Virus record (IMG/VR): IMGVR_UViG_3300025247_000004
Location: 1-49,198 of that record
Reading direction: 5' to 3' (one strand)
Source: a virus
Taxonomy: Duplodnaviria; Caudoviricetes
Length of the DNA: 49,198 bases
Made by a program: the position numbers and the translations under genes. Shown here piece by piece: positions 18,842 through 28,902 of this stretch. Position 1 is the stretch's first letter, and each line of letters begins with the position of its first letter. The notes under the pieces were generated by a model, which saw only the letters and a list, made by a program, of their open reading frames with translations, did not search any database and had not been told where the DNA came from.

Positions 18842-20909
18842 GTATTGTGTTTCCGTTTTCATTTATAAGTTTCCCGCCGCTCAATATCAATGGCGAAGGC
18901 TGCAATGTTGTTTGTGGCCCCTTGTTGGTTATAGGTGTTGATGGTGGATTCAATACTATTTCATCTGGATTTACCTCCAGTTTATTAGATCCAAACTCAA
19001 AGGTGGCCTCTATCCTATACCAGTTACTTGATTTCAAGGGGGTGGATGTCATTTCACGTTTTTTATAGTTTATCCCGTCAATATTGAATTCTTCCATACC
19101 CGCAGCAATCTGTAATTTCTGTTGCATCTTGAACCCTATAACCGTGGCTATCAATAATTTAACATCTTTAACGTCTTGTTTCAATGATACCGATTCACTG
19201 TCCGTGTCGAAAAGCTCTGAAGTGCTTTCACTGTTACCTACCCATTTTATGTATGGCAACAATAAACGACTGATGATACCTGTTTGGTGAACCATTCCAG
19301 ACTTGTTTTCAGGGTCTCTCCATGAAAAATCCAAAAATCCTTTTTTATCTGTTATTTTTTGTATTCTCTCACTTCCATATGTCAATTCTATGTTTGATTG
19401 GCCTGCGATATCAAAACCGATTTCAATAATGATTCTAGCGCAATTATCTATATTGCTTATTGGGAATATGTATTCATAGGTATTATATGGTTGAGCGTTA
19501 TAATTAGCTTGTATTTTCCCATCAGCATCGTTATTTGATGAATAGCTTGCGTTAGTTTGTAGATAAAGGCCCCTAGTGTTATCAGTTGTAACCCTTTTTA
19601 TCTTTATGGAACCTATGCCATCTATAACAACAGTCGTACCCGTTCTTCCCCATGATGGTAAGTTTGTGGCATCATAATCACTGGTCCCATCTGTGGTCGT
19701 TGTGTTCGGCACATAATTAGCCCCATTTCTGAAATAAACCCCTAAAGCACCGTTGACATCGCGAAAAAGTTTACAATCGACTTTTTCTTGTAGCCCTAAA
19801 TTCTGTACTTGAAGAACAGGGTCTATATATGTTGCTGAACCGTTTTCAATAAGTGTTATCTTATGGTAGTTGTATGATGATTTGAACTGACCTATAAAGT
19901 TCCAGTCCTTATATTGGAATATCGTCGTCTCATAAGGTAGTTTGACCTTTTCCTCAAAACTCAATGAATCATTGAAATTTGACGGGCTTTCAGTCAATCT
20001 GGAAAATATACCACTACCTCCATTGCTTATCTCAAAATGCCTTTCATAATTTGTTGTAACGGTATCACCATTGGTTATTTCCTGTGGGGTTATGAATATC
20101 TTTTGTCTTTTACAGCCAAAAGTGTCCTGTATGTACAGTGTGTACTGTGTTTCAAAGGATAGACTAGAGAATACCCCGGTACTGTTGTAATCTACATCGT
20201 TTATACTATAAGTTACCGGAAGCAACAAATCATCCAACACAACATTGGGTGTTACAGTTGCCTTTGCGCCACTTTCCTGTGTAAGGTCAATGGTGAAATC
20301 AGATTCATTAAGAACTTTCGGGGGGACTATCTGCTTACTTCCAATCTGATCACTATTTGAATCAACTATTGTGACAACATTTGGAACACCCCTTAATATG
20401 GAAATGTTGGGTGTTCTACTGGATGTTACAACGTTGAAGGTTCCAGATCTGGAAATTGTAAATGGAGGGGTTCCTCCTTGAATGTTCAGGTCGTAATCAG
20501 CATTTGTACAATCCCCGCTCACAAGTTGGTAAGTGAAATCTTTCGGTGCTGGAATCGGTTCGTTTTCAAAAGTTGCCGTTCCAAAACCTTGAACCCCGGC
20601 ACTTACGATTTGCCAGTTTGCGTTTACCAATGTTATTACAACATCCCCTGATGTAGGTGTCAATCCTGTTGCTATCGCCGTTAGGTTGTCAGTACCACCA
20701 ACATCTGAATGGTCAAGATTGAAATAATAGGCCATATTTGAAATGGTCTCACCTATTGTCGAACCTATTATAAATTGATTCTTACCAAATCTGGTATTAA
20801 CGGCCAACATTGTTATGTTTATGTTCTTTGAGCCATCATTGACGGAAATGGTAAATGTCATATACTCCGTCGGTATCGATGTTATCGTAAGTGTTGCAGT
20901 TCCTGCCAT
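18828..20909 (-). CDS. Tail/baseplate structural protein
   Basis: Large beta-rich protein with Ig-like GGTPPFT segments, downstream of the tape measure. Confidence 0.6.
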   Translation of the reverse strand: MAGTATLTITSIPTEYMTFTISVNDGSKNINITMLAVNTRFGKNQFIIGSTIGETISNMAYYFNLDHSDVGGTDNLTAIATGLTPTSGDVVITLVNANWQIVSAGVQGFGTATFENEPIPAPKDFTYQLVSGDCTNADYDLNIQGGTPPFTISRSGTFNVVTSSRTPNISILRGVPNVVTIVDSNSDQIGSKQIVPPKVLNESDFTIDLTQESGAKATVTPNVVLDDLLLPVTYSINDVDYNSTGVFSSLSFETQYTLYIQDTFGCKRQKIFITPQEITNGDTVTTNYERHFEISNGGSGIFSRLTESPSNFNDSLSFEEKVKLPYETTIFQYKDWNFIGQFKSSYNYHKITLIENGSATYIDPVLQVQNLGLQEKVDCKLFRDVNGALGVYFRNGANYVPNTTTTDGTSDYDATNLPSWGRTGTTVVIDGIGSIKIKRVTTDNTRGLYLQTNASYSSNNDADGKIQANYNAQPYNTYEYIFPISNIDNCARIIIEIGFDIAGQSNIELTYGSERIQKITDKKGFLDFSWRDPENKSGMVHQTGIISRLLLPYIKWVGNSESTSELFDTDSESVSLKQDVKDVKLLIATVIGFKMQQKLQIAAGMEEFNIDGINYKKREMTSTPLKSSNWYRIEATFEFGSNKLEVNPDEIVLNPPSTPITNKGPQTTLQPSPLILSGGKLINENGNTILMED

Positions 20910-20912
20910 TTG

Positions 20913-23117
20913 TTATGGTTTTAATGCGATTTCGTGCTTGCCCTCGCCGTTGATCTCTACTTTATTCAATTTACCCTCATATAAGGTCGTTCCAACCATT
21001 ACCAAGTATTTTCCAAAGTAATTTGGTACGCGTTCACCGTTTATTTCCGTAAAACCCTCTATCTGGTCAACCATTTCCTGAAATACCTTGCCGTCGAACT
21101 TTAAAAGGAACTCGGTTATAAATGGCTGTCCTAAATCCTCATTCAGTACAAAGCCCTTTTCATATAATGCACCCTCCCCTGTTTTTGTGGTTGTGTAGTC
21201 GCTAAAGCAGTTTGAGGAAATCCAGTTCAATTGTCCTTTTGGGTCTTTGTACACACTTGTCGATAATAGCCTACCATGCCTCAACAAGCACCTGAAAGGT
21301 GTAAGCAAAAGGTTCCCCATAGTGTCTGGGCTATAGACCAATGTACCCTGTGGTGGCAAATCAAAATCATCCTGCCATACACGCATAAAGTATTGGTTAC
21401 CTACTTTTTTTACATGTCTGAAGAATATATCTTGGTCATACGGGGTGTCCTCGTCAGGAAAGAGATTGGATGGTTTTTGTCTTGCAAGTTCAAACCCCTC
21501 CAAATCTGCCCGTATCTTTGATTTTTTTAAATAAATATTTTCTTCGGAACCTTTAAAAGATGTATTGAATTGAACCGATCCATGGGGTGAAGAAAGTCCG
21601 GAAACCTCTTCGTAGTCATTACCCCCTTTTTCGTAGCCTATTTCAATACCCGTATATAGGTTATCGTATAGTGTGGATATCTCCGGGTTACTTGCCTTGA
21701 TATAATTGAAATCACCGTTTACTGTTCTTCCCAATTGAACACCATCAAATGATTGGTGCCCATATTCGTACTTTTCCAATCTCACATACTCTTTTCCGTT
21801 TTTTGTCTCAATGAACCACATTAATGGAAATTCCACATTGAAAGAATCAAAGGCATCCTTTAGGCTTATTGTGTACTGTTTTTCGTTCAAGTTGAAACCT
21901 CTGGCCCAAAATCCAGAAGCTGTGGCCAGATACGCCCATTCACCATCGGTATCATATCCTAAATCCGTCCTTCCCAAAACATTGCTGATAAAAAGCCCTT
22001 TCTCACCTGTTATTTTCTCTAAAAGCCTATCGAACAGTTCGTGAGGGAATAATATCCTTGACTGTGTATCCGGGTAACTATCATCTTCTGTTATGGTTAT
22101 TTCAGTATCTTCATAAAAATACCCGATACCGTCATCGGTGTTTGAATAAAGTGCCAATGCCATTGCCTGGTCTGTCTGTAATGTTACTTCATGATCGATA
22201 AAATCATACTCCAGTACATTTCCCTGTATACTAGTGTCTATTATGACCAATGGGTCACGGCTACCATTTATATACTCATAACTACTTGTTGAACTATTGT
22301 AATTGTAGAATACTTTTTCAAGCCTCAATGAGCCATCGTGAACTTTTGCAGGGTCAAGTCTTACCCTTACCTTGCCGTTTATAAATCGTGTCCTTGGTCT
22401 ATCTGAACGTGTGAACAAAAGGCTGCCCAATTGACCTGTCGCATAATCACCGCCGCTATAAGGAACGGATTCAGCACCTATTCGAACCGATTTTATATTG
22501 CTGGTATCTGAATTTGGATCAATGGTAAATACAACGGCCCTTGCAACATCCTTATCAGGTGGTGTTACGGGGTGGTTAATCCCGGTGTTGTCCTCTACCT
22601 TGCCAACTGAACGCCTGAATATTTCACGTCCTGAAACCTGTTCGTATTTTGTGGACAATATTGAGATATCCTCTCCATCTGCGCTTTTTGGTGTGACCAA
22701 GTCGTATTTGTTCGTCCAACGCGACTTGATACGGTCGTAAAGTCCACCTTGCGTGAACGGAACCTTTGCCAGTTTTCTATCAAGGTCAAACTCCGCTTTT
22801 GGCATATCCAAATAAGATTGATATAAAAGCCTGTTGGTTTCGTTCCTACTTGTAACATCCTTACCATATTTCGATACACTTATAGCGGTGTCCATTGGAT
22901 AGGACAATGCATGTCCGTACAATAGGTCAAATCCGTCTTTGGCAAATTCCAACTTTGTATTGATTTTCCTAAGCACACCCCTACTGTCCTTATCGAGTTC
23001 AAAACGTTTTTCGTCGTCGTTCCAGTTCCTTGGGTCGGTGTTTAATAGAGTAGAGCCAGTGCGCTCACTATCAAGCACGAACTCTACCTCTCTGGATTGT
23101 GTCAACATATCCCTCAT
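20913..23117 (-). CDS. Tail tip/hub structural protein
   Basis: 734 aa directly after the tape measure. Confidence 0.6.
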   Translation of the reverse strand: MRDMLTQSREVEFVLDSERTGSTLLNTDPRNWNDDEKRFELDKDSRGVLRKINTKLEFAKDGFDLLYGHALSYPMDTAISVSKYGKDVTSRNETNRLLYQSYLDMPKAEFDLDRKLAKVPFTQGGLYDRIKSRWTNKYDLVTPKSADGEDISILSTKYEQVSGREIFRRSVGKVEDNTGINHPVTPPDKDVARAVVFTIDPNSDTSNIKSVRIGAESVPYSGGDYATGQLGSLLFTRSDRPRTRFINGKVRVRLDPAKVHDGSLRLEKVFYNYNSSTSSYEYINGSRDPLVIIDTSIQGNVLEYDFIDHEVTLQTDQAMALALYSNTDDGIGYFYEDTEITITEDDSYPDTQSRILFPHELFDRLLEKITGEKGLFISNVLGRTDLGYDTDGEWAYLATASGFWARGFNLNEKQYTISLKDAFDSFNVEFPLMWFIETKNGKEYVRLEKYEYGHQSFDGVQLGRTVNGDFNYIKASNPEISTLYDNLYTGIEIGYEKGGNDYEEVSGLSSPHGSVQFNTSFKGSEENIYLKKSKIRADLEGFELARQKPSNLFPDEDTPYDQDIFFRHVKKVGNQYFMRVWQDDFDLPPQGTLVYSPDTMGNLLLTPFRCLLRHGRLLSTSVYKDPKGQLNWISSNCFSDYTTTKTGEGALYEKGFVLNEDLGQPFITEFLLKFDGKVFQEMVDQIEGFTEINGERVPNYFGKYLVMVGTTLYEGKLNKVEINGEGKHEIALKP

Positions 23118-26072
23118 TTAGAAAAACTTTGTAGTTGGTTGATTGATTACGTTCTTTATATTGTTGGTTATCCTTGCTTTTTTGAATCCTTTATCAATAC
23201 CATTTTCTATCTTGTCCTCTAAGTTTTCGAACATCTCAAATGACATTCTCATTACGGCTAAATCTATTCTTTCGGATTCCGATAATTGGTGCCCGTTCAA
23301 TATAGCCTGTGTTTCATCCGCCGTATAGACGTTTGAGCCTTTTGGAAGGTCTGCGACCACATTTCTTTTGTTGGACATAAAGAATTTTCCGTCTGGCGTT
23401 TCCACAAGCTCTTTGAACCTTCCTCCTTTTTGGTCGTTTATCATTGCGTGACCTCCGTCAAAATCCCTTACACCGTCCTCAAACTTTGGTAATGGTTGGG
23501 CTAAGACAAAAGCTGCTTGGGCTGCTCCTAATCCAGCAACAACACCTGCTAAGGCTAAATTTGGAAGAGCTTTGACAAACGCAACAGCCGTGTCAATGCC
23601 TATTTGTATAATAGCATTTGTTCTTTCCGCTTTAGCTTGTTTAGTCCGTATTTCTTTTTCTTTTCGGTCTGCTTCAAGTTTGGCCTGTGTTTTTTGTTCT
23701 TCCGTGGCGTTTTCGTCAGCTAGGATAATATCTAATCTTTCTTGGTTGGCTACAATCTCGTTTTCGTAGTTTATCAACTGATTTTCAAGAATCAGATTTG
23801 AGACGGACTTTGCAAAATTTGCATAATCCTCTAGACTTGCCTTTTTACCCCCAGCAATTTTGGAAAACGCAGTCAAATCAAGCCCGTAGTAACTTGAAAA
23901 AGTAGAAAAAAGTTGGTCAAAAATAGCCTGCTGCTGCTCGGCTGATAGTTTTGTTTTTTTAACTATCGAATCTTGTGCATCAGCATGTTTTTTAACAATT
24001 TCAGCAAGAGCATCACTTACTTCATCTGGATTTGGAACTCCTAAAGCCTCTGCGCCAAAACCAACTTTACCAGTTGCTTCTTTTTTAAACTCTTCCCTTG
24101 CTTTTCTTAATTTTTCCTGTATTTCCTTAAAGCGCTGTTGAACTTCTTCTGGAAGATTTTCTAAATCGGTGCGAAGGCCACCAAACAATGCTAAAAAACC
24201 CCTATCTTCAGCATTTAAACCTGAATCAAAACTACCAAGTAAAGTACCTGACAATGAATCCGCTATGGACTTAGCTTCTTTCGCTAGTTTTTTTGCCTCA
24301 TCGATTGTAGTTCCGAATGATATAGTGGATATTTCCTGTAATTTCCTACTTGCCTTATCCAATGACCCATTTAAACCGTCAGTTTCATTTTTCAGGTTAT
24401 TGGTTTCTTTTCCTGATTCTACCATTGCACGCCTGACCGCATCAAGTTTGCCTTGCTTTGTACCTAATAATCTACTTGAAGTTTCTATGGATTCGTTAAG
24501 TTCTCTCAACTCTTTTTGTAAAACCCCTCTGGTAAATCCATCACTTAAAGGTGTGTTTGCTATTTGAGTTTCTAATTCTTTTCTTCTTTCTAAAAGATTA
24601 TTGAGTTCATTTCTCGCTTCTTCAACACTTTTCGTATAGGAAAAGAAGTTTATATCCGCAACCTCACGCAAACTGACCCCCGCCTCTTCTGCTGTCTTGG
24701 CGAGCCTTTCCATTTCATTAGCGGATGATTTTGCCCTTTCCTCATCTATAAAATCCTGACTGTCCGCAAAGGAATCGTTTATCTTGTCGAATATATCCGT
24801 GATAACACCTAAAAGACCCGTGAAGAATGTAGAGACCCTGTTGTCTTTATTGATTACCTCGTCAACAAATCGTGTCCATGCGTTGCCCAATCGCTCCTGT
24901 TGGGCTGCCATATTCTCTACCCTTTGGACTTTTTCCAATGAGTATGTTTCAGCTAATTGTTTTGCAAAACCAGGTAATACATCTTCACTTAAAACATTAC
25001 CGAGTTCAAGCTGTTTGGACAGTTCCTGTGTTGTCAATCCCATTGACTTTGCCAATATTTGGAAAGCACCCGGCAATCTCTCACCTAACTGGCCCCTGAT
25101 TTCTTCAGCTTGCACCTTCCCTTTCGATAATATCTGCTCCAATGCGCGGAAAACACCATTTATATCATCACCCCTCAAGCCTAAAAGACTAGCAGCCTTT
25201 GAAACATTCCTGAATATCAGTTCAGTTTCTTCCAGTGTAAGATTTGTTGTCTTTGCGGACGCCAAAAATTTAATATATGATTGGGATAGATTTATAATAT
25301 TCACCCCTGATATGTCAGCCGTTTCTTTTAAAAACTGTTGGTTTCTATTTAAGTCAAGTACCGTTTCAGAAACTTGTTCCAAGGAAAGTTTAAGGCTGTC
25401 CAACGCTGTAATCTGTCCATATATCTCACGTGCTATCTGTAAGCCTGAATAAATACCGAATATATTTGAGAAAGTTCTAAATGCAGTAGTAGCACCATGG
25501 AAAGCGGATTGATAATTACCTACGTTCCTTCTGAAATTACCAGTTGCTTTGTCGGCCTTATCAAGTTGTGTACGATATTTATTTAGTTCACGTACAGCTC
25601 TTTTATACTCTCTCGTATTTTCTTTATTGGCTACCGCTAAATCACGCACTGTCCTAGCGACCCTACTATGCTTTACTTCAAGTTTTCGGTATTCGCTTAC
25701 CAACTTGGAAGATAATAACGCCTCTTCCTTCATTGCACGATTTAGCAATCTGGTCTCTTCCCTGTTCCTAAGAAGTTCCTTGTTTATATTTGATTCTGCT
25801 TGAGCCCTTCTTGATACTGCGGTCTGTAATGCTTTTTCCAATCTATCACGCTCCTTTAATTGGGCGTTCAATTGGTTAAGAAATGTTTGATTGGACTTTA
25901 ACGATTTTTCAAGTTCCTTTGGCAGCTTTATGTCCATAAATGAACCTTGGGCATCCCTAGCGGCCTTGGAAATCATCAAAATATCCTCATGTGATCCTTT
26001 TAATTTTGCACGGATATTGCCTATTTCCTTTTCAATTGCCTTCAGGGCATCTATTTCGTTACCTAATGCCAT
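23118..26072 (-). CDS. Tail tape measure protein
   Basis: ALEQILSKGKVQAEEIRGQLGERLPGA tape-measure motif; long helical 984 aa. Confidence 0.92.
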   Translation of the reverse strand: MALGNEIDALKAIEKEIGNIRAKLKGSHEDILMISKAARDAQGSFMDIKLPKELEKSLKSNQTFLNQLNAQLKERDRLEKALQTAVSRRAQAESNINKELLRNREETRLLNRAMKEEALLSSKLVSEYRKLEVKHSRVARTVRDLAVANKENTREYKRAVRELNKYRTQLDKADKATGNFRRNVGNYQSAFHGATTAFRTFSNIFGIYSGLQIAREIYGQITALDSLKLSLEQVSETVLDLNRNQQFLKETADISGVNIINLSQSYIKFLASAKTTNLTLEETELIFRNVSKAASLLGLRGDDINGVFRALEQILSKGKVQAEEIRGQLGERLPGAFQILAKSMGLTTQELSKQLELGNVLSEDVLPGFAKQLAETYSLEKVQRVENMAAQQERLGNAWTRFVDEVINKDNRVSTFFTGLLGVITDIFDKINDSFADSQDFIDEERAKSSANEMERLAKTAEEAGVSLREVADINFFSYTKSVEEARNELNNLLERRKELETQIANTPLSDGFTRGVLQKELRELNESIETSSRLLGTKQGKLDAVRRAMVESGKETNNLKNETDGLNGSLDKASRKLQEISTISFGTTIDEAKKLAKEAKSIADSLSGTLLGSFDSGLNAEDRGFLALFGGLRTDLENLPEEVQQRFKEIQEKLRKAREEFKKEATGKVGFGAEALGVPNPDEVSDALAEIVKKHADAQDSIVKKTKLSAEQQQAIFDQLFSTFSSYYGLDLTAFSKIAGGKKASLEDYANFAKSVSNLILENQLINYENEIVANQERLDIILADENATEEQKTQAKLEADRKEKEIRTKQAKAERTNAIIQIGIDTAVAFVKALPNLALAGVVAGLGAAQAAFVLAQPLPKFEDGVRDFDGGHAMINDQKGGRFKELVETPDGKFFMSNKRNVVADLPKGSNVYTADETQAILNGHQLSESERIDLAVMRMSFEMFENLEDKIENGIDKGFKKARITNNIKNVINQPTTKFF

Positions 26073-26704
26073 TACGCTGCCTTTTTACGTTGTTTTTCCT
26101 TTTCACGAGCCATAACCTCTGCATCCTTGATGATTTCCACCCATTTTGCCACGCTGCACCTTTTCACGTCGATTTCATTCCTTCCCGATAACCGCTCCAG
26201 TTTTACCTGTTGCTTTTCCAATCTCTCTGGTTTGGTCTGCTTGCTTCGATAACCTTTTACATCTGCTGACAATAGGTTGATTCGTGTCTTGATAGATTTT
26301 AACCAAACCCTAGCACGCTTCATTTCCTTTTCTGGGCTTCCTTGGTTAAATGCAAAACCCCATGCTGACATTTCTTTAAAATATAACTGCTGGACTTCCA
26401 CATCGTCGGTCGTTATCAGTTCGCTCAATATCAATGAACAGAAAACATATTTTTTTTCCATTTCGTCCAGTTCGGCCAATTGTCTCAAATGCTCCTGTGA
26501 TTCTGAATTGTCTGAAATCTCGCAGTACTCATTGAATATCCGTTCCCATATTTTTGGTGAATCAATGGGCAGCCTGTCCACTTCATCGATTTCATCAACT
26601 TTTGCCAAATACCGATAGTCCATCCCTTTGCCCAATTGGTGAAAGTTCCAAATAGGCATCTGTGAGCAGTCTAAGTAGTACCGAAAAGTTGTTTTATCAT
26701 CCAT
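26072..26704 (-). CDS. Putative tail assembly chaperone
   Basis: Position directly before the tape measure. Confidence 0.5.
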   Translation of the reverse strand: MDDKTTFRYYLDCSQMPIWNFHQLGKGMDYRYLAKVDEIDEVDRLPIDSPKIWERIFNEYCEISDNSESQEHLRQLAELDEMEKKYVFCSLILSELITTDDVEVQQLYFKEMSAWGFAFNQGSPEKEMKRARVWLKSIKTRINLLSADVKGYRSKQTKPERLEKQQVKLERLSGRNEIDVKRCSVAKWVEIIKDAEVMAREKEKQRKKAA

Positions 26705-27120
26705 TGCACCAGTCTTGGTAATATCTCCTGTTCGTTTATGATTTTGTTGTGTTTGTCCGTTAATACCATGATCGAATCACCGTACTTATCCTTCAACATA
26801 TCAGATTTATAGTCGCTAGACTCAACAAAGTACATTCTATCACGAGCGTGGACGTACATGTTATCGTAGAAGTCACCGGTATCTAAGAGCGTTGTCCGGT
26901 TATACACTTCTCCCTTGAATTTTTTTAGAGCTACTGTGTAGGGTGAGTACGGCTCTAAACGCACTCCTTTTCCATCGATTCCTTTTTTGTACAATTGTTC
27001 CTCACGGACAAAATCAAGAATCTTTTCTTGTATTTCAGCAATCAGCTTATAGGCCTGCGCCTCTAAGTTGGCCTCAATACTGTCCAATTTTTGTAAAAAT
27101 GGTGAGACCGCTGTTTGCAT
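26671..27120 (-). CDS. Tail completion/virion morphogenesis-like protein
   Basis: PYSPYT...K...TLLDTGDFY motif. Confidence 0.6.
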   Translation of the reverse strand: MQTAVSPFLQKLDSIEANLEAQAYKLIAEIQEKILDFVREEQLYKKGIDGKGVRLEPYSPYTVALKKFKGEVYNRTTLLDTGDFYDNMYVHARDRMYFVESSDYKSDMLKDKYGDSIMVLTDKHNKIINEQEILPRLVQWMIKQLFGTT

Positions 27121-27133
27121 GGTTTTTATTTTG

Positions 27134-27206
27134 TTGCGGGGACTGGGATCGAACCAGTGATCTTCGGGACATGAACCCGACGAGATACCAACTTCTCCAC
27201 CCCACG
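27134..27206 (-). tRNA. Initiator-type tRNA-Met(CAU), no encoded CCA
   Basis: Cloverleaf CGTGGGG-TG-GAGA..TCTC-G-TCGGG-TTCATGT-CCCGA-AGATC-ACTGG-TTCGATC-CCAGT-CCCCGCA-A; C1:A72 mismatch, A11:U24, three G-C anticodon pairs. Confidence 0.92.
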
Positions 27207-27252
27207 GTTTAAAGGGACGGGGTTAACCGCCCCTACCAACTATGAAAACAAA

Positions 27253-28200
27253 TTACGCAACCACCGTAGCGGCAATCGTCGCACTTTTATATAAGTTTCC
27301 ATTTTTATTCACTATTGCCCTGTTATTGGCATTGTCGTAAATCCTTAACGTAACAGAATCCGATGTTGCCAATGCTGTTATCCCCGTAAGGTCATACTGC
27401 GAAGGCTCACCTGCAACTGCCGCATCCGCTGATGGGTTTGTTGTGGATATCCCATTTACAAAAAGGAAATCACCAAACTCTAGATCTTCAATCGCTGTTT
27501 TGTTATCCTGTGACCTTACCGCTGAAACCCTGACCGAAGTGTCAGTGTTTGAAGGAGCATTGACAAAGGATAGTTTAACCTCTGTAACACCATCAACCAC
27601 CCTTGGGTCGAAACTCAAGTTGTTCTTATCGATAAGAACGTAGTTCTCGTCCAATTCAAACCTGTCCAATAATTGAAAACGCAATCCCTCTTTCAAGGAA
27701 GTGGTTGTCGTTGGAAAAGTAAGTTTAGCGGGTTGAATCATACCAACGTTGAAACCACGCCCGAATCCAGTACTGTTCTGTGTCATCAATATGGAACCTG
27801 CCTTATCCACGATAATGAACTTCCATCCACCAAAACCCTTCAAAGAATGAAGCACCCTGTTATTGAACAATCCTTTTTTGAATGTGGCCAAGAAGGTATA
27901 TTTACCCTCATTGGTAACTTCTTGGGTATCGTCCTCTTCAGTCTCAATGGCATCATCAGACCCATTTTCCTCAAAAGAGGTTACCCCCTTCAATACCACA
28001 AGTTTGCCTTGGGCCTGTAAGGTCTGCCAGTAGGAAAGTACGCTCCAATCCTCTGAAGGATCTAAGTCAGTACTCGGGGAAATCGCCCATATACTTGCAG
28101 CAGCCTTGAATATATGAAGGCATCCACCTGATAGGTTTGATCCAAGAGAACCTGAATCACCACCACATGAACCTCTATTTATTAATTCTGTACCTGTCAT
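27253..28200 (-). CDS. Major tail (tube) protein
   Basis: Size, position after neck genes, C-terminal Ig-like extension. Confidence 0.7.
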   Translation of the reverse strand: MTGTELINRGSCGGDSGSLGSNLSGGCLHIFKAAASIWAISPSTDLDPSEDWSVLSYWQTLQAQGKLVVLKGVTSFEENGSDDAIETEEDDTQEVTNEGKYTFLATFKKGLFNNRVLHSLKGFGGWKFIIVDKAGSILMTQNSTGFGRGFNVGMIQPAKLTFPTTTTSLKEGLRFQLLDRFELDENYVLIDKNNLSFDPRVVDGVTEVKLSFVNAPSNTDTSVRVSAVRSQDNKTAIEDLEFGDFLFVNGISTTNPSADAAVAGEPSQYDLTGITALATSDSVTLRIYDNANNRAIVNKNGNLYKSATIAATVVA

Positions 28201-28364
28201 TGTACTATGTTTTTAGATTTAAAATATTCTGCCGTTGCCTCGTCAAGGTTATAGGATTTACCTGCCCTATATTCTTTTTTGGGCTTTCCCTTTTCATCGA
28301 GTCCTACCCGATAATCAACCTTGAACGTACACTTTATCGTTTTTTTATTTGCCTGTGCAGCCAT
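28197..28364 (-). CDS. Small virion-module protein (55 aa)
   Basis: MAAQANKKTIKCTFKVDYRVG...NIVQ fills the gap, coupled on both sides; missed by the ORF track. Confidence 0.6.
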   Translation of the reverse strand: MAAQANKKTIKCTFKVDYRVGLDEKGKPKKEYRAGKSYNLDEATAEYFKSKNIVQ

Positions 28365-28365
28365 A

Positions 28366-28902
28366 TCAACAATTGTTTTTTAGTTCATACATTAAACTTC
28401 CAGTAATGGCGAATACGTGGAACGGATGCATATCATCATATAATGATTTATCGATATTATAACCCGCAAACACTTCGCCCATGGTCTTTTCCAATCCGTT
28501 TATATCGAAATCGAAGAAATAATCATCAATCCATTGATATGCTTGTTTTTGCGCCAGATCGTCCCTTCTTTCGTCCTTGTGTGCCGATTGCTCGAACTTA
28601 TCAAGGTTCAAAAAGAAAACTATTTTTAAAGGTGCGCTGAACATACCCTCGTCGATATTATCATGGCGACTGCCCTCCAAAAAGAACACTTGCCCCAACT
28701 TTTTTGAATCCAATAAAACCTCCATGTACCTTCTTTTGGAATCATACACCTCTGGCAAGTTTCCTGCCTTTGATGTGTTTCTTGTAGCCCGTCCGTACAT
28801 TTCAACTTCTCCCCACTTGGCCGTAATTATCGGGTAAAGGGTCTGTTGCAATGTCTTTATCGGACAATCTATTCCAGTACAGTTGGGTTTTAAATGGTTC
28901 AT
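28366..28902 (-). CDS. Neck/tail terminator-like protein
   Basis: Synteny. Confidence 0.55.
   Translation of the reverse strand: MNHLKPNCTGIDCPIKTLQQTLYPIITAKWGEVEMYGRATRNTSKAGNLPEVYDSKRRYMEVLLDSKKLGQVFFLEGSRHDNIDEGMFSAPLKIVFFLNLDKFEQSAHKDERRDDLAQKQAYQWIDDYFFDFDINGLEKTMGEVFAGYNIDKSLYDDMHPFHVFAITGSLMYELKNNC

Noticed and set aside
14319-20909. Diversity-generating retroelement targeting fibre genes
   Set aside because: No reverse transcriptase ORF and no TR/VR pair seen
24784-25452. 222-aa plus-strand ORF and similar antisense ORFs across the late region
   Set aside because: They lie fully antisense to the tape measure and other structural genes and have no motifs
26072-27120. Programmed tail-chaperone frameshift
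   Set aside because: Both ORFs have their own ATG and I found no convincing slippery site
26943-27212. Plus-strand 89-aa ORF
   Set aside because: Antisense to the tRNA and a tail gene
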